A program made the position numbers and the translations under genes. 17,064 nt of DNA from the NCBI GenBank assembly GCA_937890335.1, contig CALBXO010000197.1:1-17064 (forward strand). The letters run 5' to 3'. Below are positions 1-7,255 of the stretch, one piece after another (the first letter of the stretch is position 1; each line of letters opens with the position of its first letter). The notes under the pieces are model-generated. The model was not told the DNA's origin, searched no databases, and saw only the letters and a program-made list of their open reading frames with translations. The DNA is from an uncultured Pseudomonadota bacterium. Lineage in GTDB: Bacteria > Myxococcota_A > Bradymonadia > Bradymonadales > GCA-2716585.

Positions 1-3000
1 GTCTGTATCCAACCGGTGGAAGACCCGGCGCGCCAGGGTCCATCCGCTTTGGTCTGGCTCGCCGGGGCCGGCCAGCAGCTCGCGGAGGGTCGCGCGCATG
101 GCTTCGTCCAGCGGCGCCTGGGGAGGGCGATCAAAGGGCCAGTGCGTGAACCCGGGCGGGGCCGCGGCCCCAACGACGGGATTATACGAGCCTCTGGGGT
201 CAGTCGGGTTCTCCCTCAGGTAACGGTCCGCGGCGATCAGCTCCTCCACTGAGATGCCCAGCCCGCACGCGAGGTCCGCCGCCGATACGCCGGTACAATC
301 CAGCAAGGATTGCAGCGCCCCCGGCGTGGCGCCAGGGAGTTCGGTCCGGTTGATGTTGGCGTCGGGATCGCAGGGGAACATGTTGGCGACCGTGTTGAAC
401 GCGCCGAGAATCTCCAGGAAGTGGGGCATGCCGGCGTCGTACAGGATGTCGTCGAGATGTTTGAAGTCCGCGGCCTCGAGAAGCTCCCAGTCCTCCAGCG
501 GAAACACGGTGGCGCCGTCTTCGCGGAAACCGATGTCCTCCAGGACAGAATTGACCGCGTGACGGGCCGATTCATTGGCGGACTCCATGGTGGACAGGCG
601 GGTGGACGTCTTCATGTGGTTCCCGGCCGCCACGAGTCTGCCGAACGCCACGTCGTACTTGTACAGCCCGTTGGCCTGAAGGTTCCCAGGCCGCCGCTCC
701 CAATCGCCGATCAGATTGAGCAGGTAGCCTTGGTCGGGCGTCTGCGGGAAGGAGTCGATGTGGTAGTACCGCGGCTCTGGCAGGTTGCCCCGTGGCGTCA
801 GCTCGCGGAGGGGGTGCGCCGAGCGACCGTCGAGGGCCATGCGCAGCTGCCTCCACACCTCGGCGGCGAGTTGGTCCGGATCGGTGACGCTGGACGCCGC
901 GCGGCCCACCAGTGCGCTGCTCTGCCAACCCGGCGGTAGCGGGTTCGGAGCCGGCTGTACCGCCTGGTCCCACGCGCCGATCACGACGGAGATCTGCCCC
1001 CTGATGTTGAAGTCGCGCCGCATGCGCAGTCGCCGCTCGGCATCCCAGAACTGGTCTTGCGAGATAGAACTGAGCGCCCAGTCGCTGTCGGGGTAGACCA
1101 CGTGACCCCGAAGAATCTTGATCTCGTTCTCCACAAAGAACTGGATGCCTGAGATGACGCCGAAGGACGTCTGCACCGGGAAATGGCGCAGCCGCCACAT
1201 GTCTCCCGTTGGCGTCCACCATGGATTGACGGACTCCGTGTTCTCCACAATCTGCCGGGCGGAGCGCGCCGGGACCGCCATGACCATGATGGGGTCGTCC
1301 ACCTGCGTCACGTTCAGGCCGTTGTGCACCTCGGCGTGGAGGATGCTCTCGGAAGTGAGCCCGGTGGCGGGCTTAAGAACAAGATGTTCCAGCCGCTCAC
1401 CGAACTTGAACTTGACGCCCAGCTTCTCCAGCCACGCCTGCCATTTGTCGAACCACGCCTCGCTGCTCGGCCCGTTGAGCGTGCGGTCGGTCTGCCCGCC
1501 GAGGCTGACCTGGTCCTGCAGCAGCTGCACAAAGACCAGCCCCTGGGTCCGGGCGTCCGCGCGACGGGAGTCGAGGGCGACGAGCACCTTGGGGAGGTCG
1601 TCCAGGTAGCGCTGAAAACGAGGGCTGTAGCTCGGTCCGTCCACATAGTCCCACCACGAGATCTTCTCGTAGTCCGCCCGGCGCTTGGGCCCGCTGGTGA
1701 GGAACTGGAATGTCTTGAGGCTGAACAGCGCGATGTCGCGCATATCGTAGCCCAGGGACACCAGCGTAGTCTGGAGGAAGCTGAAGACCTCGGCGATGCT
1801 CAGGTCGAACTTCCGGTTGAAGATGTGCGTCCTGAACCCGTCGTTGAGCGCGACGCCCTGCCGGTCTGTGGACGTCAGGTTGTCGGCCACGGTGCGCCGG
1901 TGCGAAGCCGGGTCCGGGATGCGCGACATGGTGTCCGTCACATGGCGGTAGAAAGACGGAAAGAAGCGGAACCCATGCTCCCCCGCGATCATGCTCGTCT
2001 GCGGCGGGTCGAACTCTCGAACGAGCTCACCGGCGTGAAGGTCGACTTGCCAGATGCGGTGCGGGTAGGTGCCGATGCGGCGCGACGCTACGTACGCAAA
2101 CTCGTCGGTCAGAACCATGCTGTTGATCGGCGCGTCCAGCTCGAAATTCCACAGCGGCTTCAGAGGCTCGGATGCCTGCCAGATCGACACCGTCCCGCCC
2201 GTGGAGCCAGTGCCGATGAACTGACCTGCCGCATCCGACGCGACCACGGTCACGTCGCCTTTGGGGGCTCCTCCCTGGTAGTCGACGGCGGGCGCCGTGC
2301 CCGAGAACGAGGTGACGGGGCCATTCGCGCTGGCGATCGCCGTCCGGTTGCCGGACAGCGTAGCGGAGGTCACGGCGGCGAAGGTGATGACCGTGGTGCC
2401 CGCGCCAGCGGGAAACGCGAGAAAGGCATCCGAGCGCACTGCGGTCCCAGCGCCAAAGTCATCGATGGCACCCGACAGCGCCGGGGTGTTCGCGGACAGG
2501 GGGAGCCAGACCCGATTGAGCGAGTACGCGCCCGTGAACCCTTGCTGCCACCGCGCCACGGTGCCGTCCTCGTCGCCAGTGAGGAGCCAGGCCCCGTTTG
2601 GCGCGGACGCTACCATGGTGACCGGCACGGTGTGCAGGCCGGTCAGATCCCAACCGACGCCTGTCTCCCGCACGTCGACAACGCGAGGGACCGTATCGCC
2701 AAAGGAGGCAAACACCAGGCGCTGGGCGTCCTCGTCCATCGCGAGGGCGCGCACCTCCGTCGGCAGCAGCGGCGGCGCGTTTTGACTCAGCACCCGGACA
2801 AACCGGCCAGTGGGGGTGTACCAGACACCGATGCCCGCGGAGCCAGCCACGAGAATGGAGCCGCCCTTGCCGCCCACCGCCAACTCGATGGTGCAATCGT
2901 CCGGCTGGAGCCGCGTCCGCTGCGCGGTTGTCTGGGCCGGTGGCGCTGTGGCGTAGCTCGAGCGGGCGAGCCCACCGAGCTGGTGGGACGCCTCGTAGAC

Positions 3001-3108
3001 CGTGACCGAGAATCCGCGGTCCGCGAATTCGTGGGCGGCGGTGAGGCCAGCGATGCCGCCGCCAAAAATGGCGACGTTGACCTGGCTCAGATTCAGCGGA
3101 TTGCTCAT
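1..3108 (-). CDS. Large flavin-binding amine-oxidase/phytoene-desaturase-like oxidoreductase with a WD40-like (beta-propeller-type) insertion. The N-terminus is complete (ATG 3108-3106). The C-terminus runs off the window start, so the protein is longer than 1035 aa.
   Basis: The minus-strand frame at pos mod 3 = 0 has no stop from 3108 down to 1; no stop-terminated ORF is listed in that frame, and my hand translation is continuous. The N-terminus MSNPLNLSQVNVAIFGGGIAGLTAAHEFADRGFSVTVYEASHQLGG is a GxGxxG dinucleotide-binding fold followed by the GG of amine oxidase/CrtI proteins. An insertion follows with WD-like repeats (GDEDGTVARWQQG, GSTGGTVSIWQASE). The amine-oxidase core then resumes (AGEHGFRFFPSFYRHV), and the C-proximal FAD-contact motif is present (HMKTSTRLSTMESANESARHAVNSVL). 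Third-position GC is high. The ATG overlaps the upstream gene's stop as ATGA. Confidence 0.6.
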   Translation of the reverse strand, partial: MSNPLNLSQVNVAIFGGGIAGLTAAHEFADRGFSVTVYEASHQLGGLARSSYATAPPAQTTAQRTRLQPDDCTIELAVGGKGGSILVAGSAGIGVWYTPTGRFVRVLSQNAPPLLPTEVRALAMDEDAQRLVFASFGDTVPRVVDVRETGVGWDLTGLHTVPVTMVASAPNGAWLLTGDEDGTVARWQQGFTGAYSLNRVWLPLSANTPALSGAIDDFGAGTAVRSDAFLAFPAGAGTTVITFAAVTSATLSGNRTAIASANGPVTSFSGTAPAVDYQGGAPKGDVTVVASDAAGQFIGTGSTGGTVSIWQASEPLKPLWNFELDAPINSMVLTDEFAYVASRRIGTYPHRIWQVDLHAGELVREFDPPQTSMIAGEHGFRFFPSFYRHVTDTMSRIPDPASHRRTVADNLTSTDRQGVALNDGFRTHIFNRKFDLSIAEVFSFLQTTLVSLGYDMRDIALFSLKTFQFLTSGPKRRADYEKISWWDYVDGPSYSPRFQRYLDDLPKVLVALDSRRADARTQGLVFVQLLQDQVSLGGQTDRTLNGPSSEAWFDKWQAWLEKLGVKFKFGERLEHLVLKPATGLTSESILHAEVHNGLNVTQVDDPIMVMAVPARSARQIVENTESVNPWWTPTGDMWRLRHFPVQTSFGVISGIQFFVENEIKILRGHVVYPDSDWALSSISQDQFWDAERRLRMRRDFNIRGQISVVIGAWDQAVQPAPNPLPPGWQSSALVGRAASSVTDPDQLAAEVWRQLRMALDGRSAHPLRELTPRGNLPEPRYYHIDSFPQTPDQGYLLNLIGDWERRPGNLQANGLYKYDVAFGRLVAAGNHMKTSTRLSTMESANESARHAVNSVLEDIGFREDGATVFPLEDWELLEAADFKHLDDILYDAGMPHFLEILGAFNTVANMFPCDPDANINRTELPGATPGALQSLLDCTGVSAADLACGLGISVEELIAADRYLRENPTDPRGSYNPVVGAAAPPGFTHWPFDRPPQAPLDEAMRATLRELLAGPGEPDQSGWTLARRVFHRLDTD

Positions 3109-3611
3109 GGGTGGCTCCCAAAGCGCAAGATCGGTGTAGCGGCGGGGGCGGCGCGGAAGGCGTGCAGGAGACCTGGGAAGCCCAGGCTTCGCACGGCGCC
3201 GTGGAGGTAGAATCCGAGTCCGTCGTGGAAGGCCAGCAACCCGTCCACGCTTCCACGCAGGATCAGTTCGTCTGCCATCACGGCGCTCATCAGGGTGTGC
3301 GTGCCGTCCACAAGCGCCAGGATGGCGCGGCGGTCTGTTGTGACCTCGACGCTCGGCGCCGGCTCCAGCGCGCGCTGCGGAGACAGAGGTACGGAGCGCG
3401 TGGGGCGCAGGTCGACGTCGTCGCTGTGGAATCGAAGATCCAACACGTCCTCGGCGAGTCGCAACCGCACGTGCCGCCCCTCCAGACATCCACACATCCG
3501 GCCAAAGGCGTCAGGTTGTTGCTCGCGCAACACGCCCAGGGAACGGGCCACGAAGTCGGCGGGACCGTCGGGGGTCAATGCGGTCACGCCGCCAAAAACG
3601 AGCTCACTCAC
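3105..3611 (-). CDS. SCP2 (sterol/lipid carrier) domain protein. The preferred start is GTG 3611-3609, which overlaps the upstream stop as GTGAGTGA. An alternative start is ATG 3497.
   Basis: The C-terminal region TTDRRAILALVDGTHTLMSAVMADELILRGSVDGLLAFHDGLGF matches the SCP2 fold signature (..msG.L.i.G....a.kl..l). The frame has about 74% GC3 between 3611 and 3497, arguing for the longer GTG start. The TGA stop at 3107-3105 overlaps the downstream ATG. Confidence 0.55.
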   Translation of the reverse strand: MSELVFGGVTALTPDGPADFVARSLGVLREQQPDAFGRMCGCLEGRHVRLRLAEDVLDLRFHSDDVDLRPTRSVPLSPQRALEPAPSVEVTTDRRAILALVDGTHTLMSAVMADELILRGSVDGLLAFHDGLGFYLHGAVRSLGFPGLLHAFRAAPAATPILRFGSHP

Positions 3612-4662
3612 CCAGAAACTCAAACACGGCGCTGCCGTGTAGTTCGACCGGCTCGCCACCCACCTGCCCGCTGAGGTGCACGCGTCCGCTCACTTCGTTG
3701 ATGATCGTCACATTGTACTCCCGCTCGCCGGGTATGACGACCTGCGCGACATCTTCGCTGTCGAATCGGCCGACCACCTGGTCCCCGCGGACTTCGGCCC
3801 GAAAGTGCAGCTGCTCTGGCACGTCCGTGGGTTGTTCGGGGTGCAGAAGTCCCATCACGGCAGGGACCTTGACCACGGAGCGCGGGCGCAGGTAGCCGGC
3901 GTGCCAGACCTCCATGTCGTGCTCGCGAAACGTGCGTCGCTGGACCCCGTCGTGCCATAGGAACAGCCCCTGGGCCATGGTCCGGCTCCGCGCGCGGTTG
4001 GTCAGCCGGACAAAGACCATGCTCCACGGCTCGGCCGGGTCATCGGGCAGCCCAAAGCCCCACTCCCAGGCGAAGTCGTCGCCCCACTTCCATCGGCCCC
4101 AATTGTGGTCGTGGTACGACGGCGCGTCGGACAGCGTGTGCTCCACACCGTCGACCCGAACGGTCCCCGTCGCCAACGAGCGCGGCAGGACGCACCAGTG
4201 GATCGGCGGGCCGGTCTCCAAGGGAATGTTGGGCGCGAGCACGGGCATGCATGCGGGCGCGAGGCGCAGGTCACAGGCGATGTCGCGCCCGCGCGCCCGC
4301 GCGCGTATCGTGTACGCCCCGTCCTCGTAACACACGAGGTTGCGCCCCATTCGCATGTGGATCTCGCCGGTGCGCACGTCCACATCCTGCGCCCGGTAGG
4401 TGTCCACGTCCCCCGTCCAGCCACGCTCGTCGCGGACCAACAGTGTGATGCGGGCCGTCTCCGCCCAGGGCCCAGCGTGGTGCCCGCCGGGCCTTTGGCC
4501 ACCGACCGGCTCGTCGACGACGCTGAAATTGACCAGCACGTCCAGGCCCGGTGCGTGCACAGCAAAGTGAAGCCACTCCTTGTGACCGCCGGGGCCGCCT
4601 GCGAGGGCCGGGGACCGGCGCAGGTGGTCGAATCGACGTATGGCGGAGCCGTAGACGTCCAT
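3604..4662 (-). CDS. Hypothetical protein, tentatively of the CrtC/AttH-like (carotenoid 1,2-hydratase, lipocalin-like) family.
   Basis: A 352-aa ORF with high GC3. Its ATG 4662-4660 overlaps the upstream TGA as TGATG. The N-terminal GHKEWLHFAVHAPGLDVLVNFSVVDE resembles the CrtC (Y/E)WWYFD motif, and the Trp-rich HDHNWGRWKWGDDFAWEWG segment is also present. The family call is made from memory only. Confidence 0.55.
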   Translation of the reverse strand: MDVYGSAIRRFDHLRRSPALAGGPGGHKEWLHFAVHAPGLDVLVNFSVVDEPVGGQRPGGHHAGPWAETARITLLVRDERGWTGDVDTYRAQDVDVRTGEIHMRMGRNLVCYEDGAYTIRARARGRDIACDLRLAPACMPVLAPNIPLETGPPIHWCVLPRSLATGTVRVDGVEHTLSDAPSYHDHNWGRWKWGDDFAWEWGFGLPDDPAEPWSMVFVRLTNRARSRTMAQGLFLWHDGVQRRTFREHDMEVWHAGYLRPRSVVKVPAVMGLLHPEQPTDVPEQLHFRAEVRGDQVVGRFDSEDVAQVVIPGEREYNVTIINEVSGRVHLSGQVGGEPVELHGSAVFEFLGE

Positions 4663-4910
4663 CAGCGCAGCAGCGTTCGCTCGGTGTGGTCGCTCACGCC
4701 CTGAAGACTGTCGCCGCAGTCGCCAGCCGGCGGCGCGTTCTGCTGGTTAAGCTCGCCAGTCACGGAGTCCGTCAGGTGGATGAGCCCAACGAGGAAATCG
4801 GTGAGGGCCTCGGACTCGGCCGTCGCGGGCTCGGGGTCCGCCGTCTCCCAGAGACCACCGCGCAGGGTCTCATTCACCGACGCGAGGCCCAGCGCCAAGT
4901 GCAACACCAT
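4662..4910 (-). CDS. Small hypothetical protein (82 aa), sequence MVLHLALGLASVNETLRGGLWETADPEPATAESEALTDFLVGLIHLTDSV....
   Basis: High-GC3 coding-like frame from ATG 4910-4908 to TGA 4664-4662. The stop overlaps the next gene's ATG as TGATG. The listed 208-aa ORF in this frame is junk upstream of 4910. Confidence 0.4.
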   Translation of the reverse strand: MVLHLALGLASVNETLRGGLWETADPEPATAESEALTDFLVGLIHLTDSVTGELNQQNAPPAGDCGDSLQGVSDHTERTLLR

Positions 4911-4932
4911 ATTGCGGTCGTCGAAGGAGTCG

Positions 4933-5379
4933 CTATGCCGGTGGATGATCGGTCGTTTGCCCAAAGGGCCCCTCCTGCGGGTCAAAGAGACCTGCGAGCA
5001 GTGCCTCGGCGTCGGGGTGGGCGGCGGCGGCCATGAACGCCTCCACCAGCGAGGACGGCAGCGCGCCGTCCCCCTCCTCCTCCAGGATGTTGAGCGTGAC
5101 ACCCTCCCAGATGACGCGCCCTCGGCGCAGCAGCTCGGAGCGGGCGACCTGCGCGCGAAGCGCGGCGCCCTCGGGCGTCTGCGCGTGGGTGCGGCCCTCC
5201 CTGACGAGGGCACGGAACAGCGCCTGGGCGGCGGCAGGGTGCTGCAAGAGGAGTCGTTGGCCAGCGCGCAGACTGTCGGACAGCGCATCGGACGGTGACG
5301 GCTCGGGATGCTCCGACTCAGCCGACGCCTCGCCGGTTTCCTCGGTCTTGAACGCCAGAACTGGAGCGTCCGCGGTCAC
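4933..5379 (-). CDS. Hypothetical acidic protein (~148 aa). The GTG start at 5379-5377 overlaps the upstream TGA stop (GTGA).
   Basis: The frame of listed ORF 4933..5490 is protein-like only downstream of 5379 (TADAPVLAFKTEETGE...LVEAFMAAAAHPDAEALLAGLFDPQEGPFGQ). The listed ATG at 5490 would overlap the preceding gene by 115 nt, and the region it adds is R/S-rich junk. There is no ATG in frame after 5379. GC3 is moderate to high. Stop is TAG 4935-4933. Confidence 0.45.
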   Translation of the reverse strand: MTADAPVLAFKTEETGEASAESEHPEPSPSDALSDSLRAGQRLLLQHPAAAQALFRALVREGRTHAQTPEGAALRAQVARSELLRRGRVIWEGVTLNILEEEGDGALPSSLVEAFMAAAAHPDAEALLAGLFDPQEGPFGQTTDHPPA

Positions 5380-6225
5380 TTGGCCGTCTTGGCGGCTGCT
5401 TTGGCGCGATTCTCGTCGCGAAACTCGACCATGAGCTCCATCATGATGGAGCGCATCTCGTCCTTCATGGTCTCGCGGCTCGGCGGGCAAGGCTCGGGTT
5501 TTGGTGTGGGCTCAACCTTTGCCTCGGGAACGCACCCGTCGGAGACAAAAAGGTCCAGGCACAGGGTGTGACAGACACCGCAGCCCTTGGCCGAGAGCAC
5601 GGCGTCCCAATGGGCGCAGTCACACCAGCAGTCGCCGACTGTTGTGATCTCGATCCATAGCTCCACACACTGGAAGGCCGCCAGGCAGACCGGGCTGCTG
5701 ACCTCGTCCCCGTGGGCGTCGAGGAAGCGGACCGCGGCCTCACACTCGTGAGGATCGGCGCCTTTCACGCCGCCGCGCATGACAAATGGCGTGACGGACA
5801 GCTCGATCTCCACCGTGGTGGCGTTGTCGTTGCGCAGCACGAACTTCGACGCCGCTGTGCCGCCAGCCTTCACGATGAAGCTCAGGCACTCCGACGGCAC
5901 CGGGGCCAGCGAGCTGCTGGGGGGGGCAACAATCGCCGGGAACTTCGTGGTCCGCCGGCACCTTGCTGCAGCCGCATTTGCACTTCGGCTCGCCGCAGCA
6001 GGACACCGGCGCGCAGCCGCATCCGGAGCCCTTTAGCAGGCCCAGCATTCTCTCGTAGAAGCTCAGTTGAAGCCGGGCGAGATCGAAGAGCGCGTCCGCG
6101 CCGTTGGGGCACGGGTTGCACGCGGACTTCGGGGCGCACCCGGAGGCCTGACCGAGCAGCGCAGCCAGGGTCTTCATCTGGATCTCGGAGGCCTTGTGCA
6201 GTGTCTCGTACTCGTTGCGGCTCAT
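5376..6225 (-). CDS. Cys-rich hypothetical protein (~283 aa if contiguous) with apparent frameshift at a C8 tract (plus-strand G8 at 5919-5926); possible pseudogene, phase-variable gene or homopolymer sequencing error. CxxC, CGC, CKCGC, CWCDC and CGVC motifs suggest metal binding.
   Basis: The N-terminal part (ATG 6225; MSRNEYETLHK...CCGEPKCKCGCSKVPADHEVPGDCCPP) is in the frame of listed ORF 5740..6357, which degrades into Arg-rich junk after the C8 run. The C-terminal part (..SECLSFIVKAGGTAASKFVLRNDNATTVEIELS...CWCDCAHW...KAAAKTAK*) is in the +1 frame, listed as ORF 5376..5900. Removing one C from the 8-C run joins the two frames. Both parts are Cys-rich and have high GC3. Confidence 0.5.
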
Positions 6226-6229
6226 CGCT

Positions 6230-7255
6230 CTACCGGTTTCGCTGGACCACGCGATCCACGATCTGCTCGAGGAAGGCGCGGTGCACGGACGGCTGGAGCC
6301 AATCCGTGGTGTTTGAGAGAATTTCGCGGGCGTTCGAGGCCCTACTGTATGCCACATTTCTCGCGTAGTCGACGCTCTGCGTCCGCTCCACGATGGCGTG
6401 GAGTTCCCGCACTTCTTCGTCGGTCTTGTCCGCCCGTGACTTTTGCAGGATCTCCTGTGCGCGCGTCGTGTCCGACGGGTTCGCCGTCCTCATCGCGTGC
6501 ATCAGGATCAGCGTGTGTTTGCCCTCCCACAGATCGCCGAGGTGCTCCTTGCCGTACGCGCCGTCGCCCACTTCGAGGTTGAGCACGTCATCCACGATCT
6601 GGAACGCGACGCCGAGCTCCACCGCAAACGCCTCCAGCGTCTTCATCTTGTCGTCGGCGACGCCCTTGATGATCCCGCCGATGAGGATGGGCGCCAGAAA
6701 GGTGTACCAGCAGGTCTTCTTGTGGACGAGGTGGAAGTAGTCCTCGTCCGACAGGTCCCAGCGCCCCTCCCGAATCCAGAACAACTCCAGAGCCTGCCCC
6801 TCGGCGCTCTCGCGCGCCATGTCGGCCACCACTCGCAGAATCCGCAGCGCCTTGCCGAGCCCGAGCAGCTCCATATTGTCGAGCAACGGGGACAGGGACA
6901 GCGCCAGCATGGCGTCGCCGACATTGATGGCGATGGGAGCGCCATACTTGCGGTGCAGCGTGTTGTCGCCGCGCCGCATCAGCGACCCGTCCTCGAAGTC
7001 GTCGTGAATCAGGAACGCGTTGTGGTAGAGCTCGAGCACGGCGGCGGTGCGCAGCGTCGCCTCCAGGTGGCCGCCGAGCGCCCGGCAGGTCGCGATGCAA
7101 AGCGCCGGTCGGAACCCTTTGCCCTCGCGCAGGGGGTAGTCGAGCATGAGCTCGTAGAGGACCGGGCCGTAGCGGGGGTCCTTCGGGATGATGTCGCGGA
7201 TTTCCTCCAGCACCAGCGCCCGACACTCGGCGAGATAATCGTCGAATTCGTTCAT
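6230..7255 (-). CDS. Trans-polyprenyl diphosphate synthase (short-chain, FPP/GGPP-synthase-like isoprenyl diphosphate synthase).
   Basis: The first Asp-rich motif LIHDDFEDGSLMRRG has F at position -4, consistent with a short-chain product. The second motif is FQIVDDVLN. The length is 341 aa from ATG 7255-7253 (MNEFDDYLAE). That ATG overlaps the thrC TGA (7254-7252) as ATGA. The listed 408-aa ORF N-terminus (MRDRRWT...) is Arg-rich junk. Confidence 0.85.
   Translation of the reverse strand: MNEFDDYLAECRALVLEEIRDIIPKDPRYGPVLYELMLDYPLREGKGFRPALCIATCRALGGHLEATLRTAAVLELYHNAFLIHDDFEDGSLMRRGDNTLHRKYGAPIAINVGDAMLALSLSPLLDNMELLGLGKALRILRVVADMARESAEGQALELFWIREGRWDLSDEDYFHLVHKKTCWYTFLAPILIGGIIKGVADDKMKTLEAFAVELGVAFQIVDDVLNLEVGDGAYGKEHLGDLWEGKHTLILMHAMRTANPSDTTRAQEILQKSRADKTDEEVRELHAIVERTQSVDYARNVAYSRASNAREILSNTTDWLQPSVHRAFLEQIVDRVVQRNR

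Noticed and set aside
1183-3210. 675-aa plus-strand ORF (and the other plus-strand ORFs at 16-939 and 3111-3674)
   Set aside because: It is antisense to the long minus-strand flavoprotein and SCP2 genes. The translation is Arg/Gly/Ala-rich low-complexity sequence typical of spurious ORFs in 70% GC DNA, with no recognisable motifs.
4933-4975. Possible second frameshift fusing protein X to protein Y near GGGCCCTTTGGGC
   Set aside because: Protein Y has its own ATG (4910) 22 nt after X's TAG, and X terminates cleanly. Two separate small genes is the simpler reading, though the fusion cannot be excluded without homologs.
5379-5490. ATG 5490 as the start of the 4933..5490 ORF
   Set aside because: It would overlap the Cys-rich gene by 115 nt, and the added N-terminus (RRESRQSSRQDGQ) is junk-like. 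A GTG at 5379 overlaps the upstream TGA (GTGA) and begins exactly where the frame becomes protein-like.
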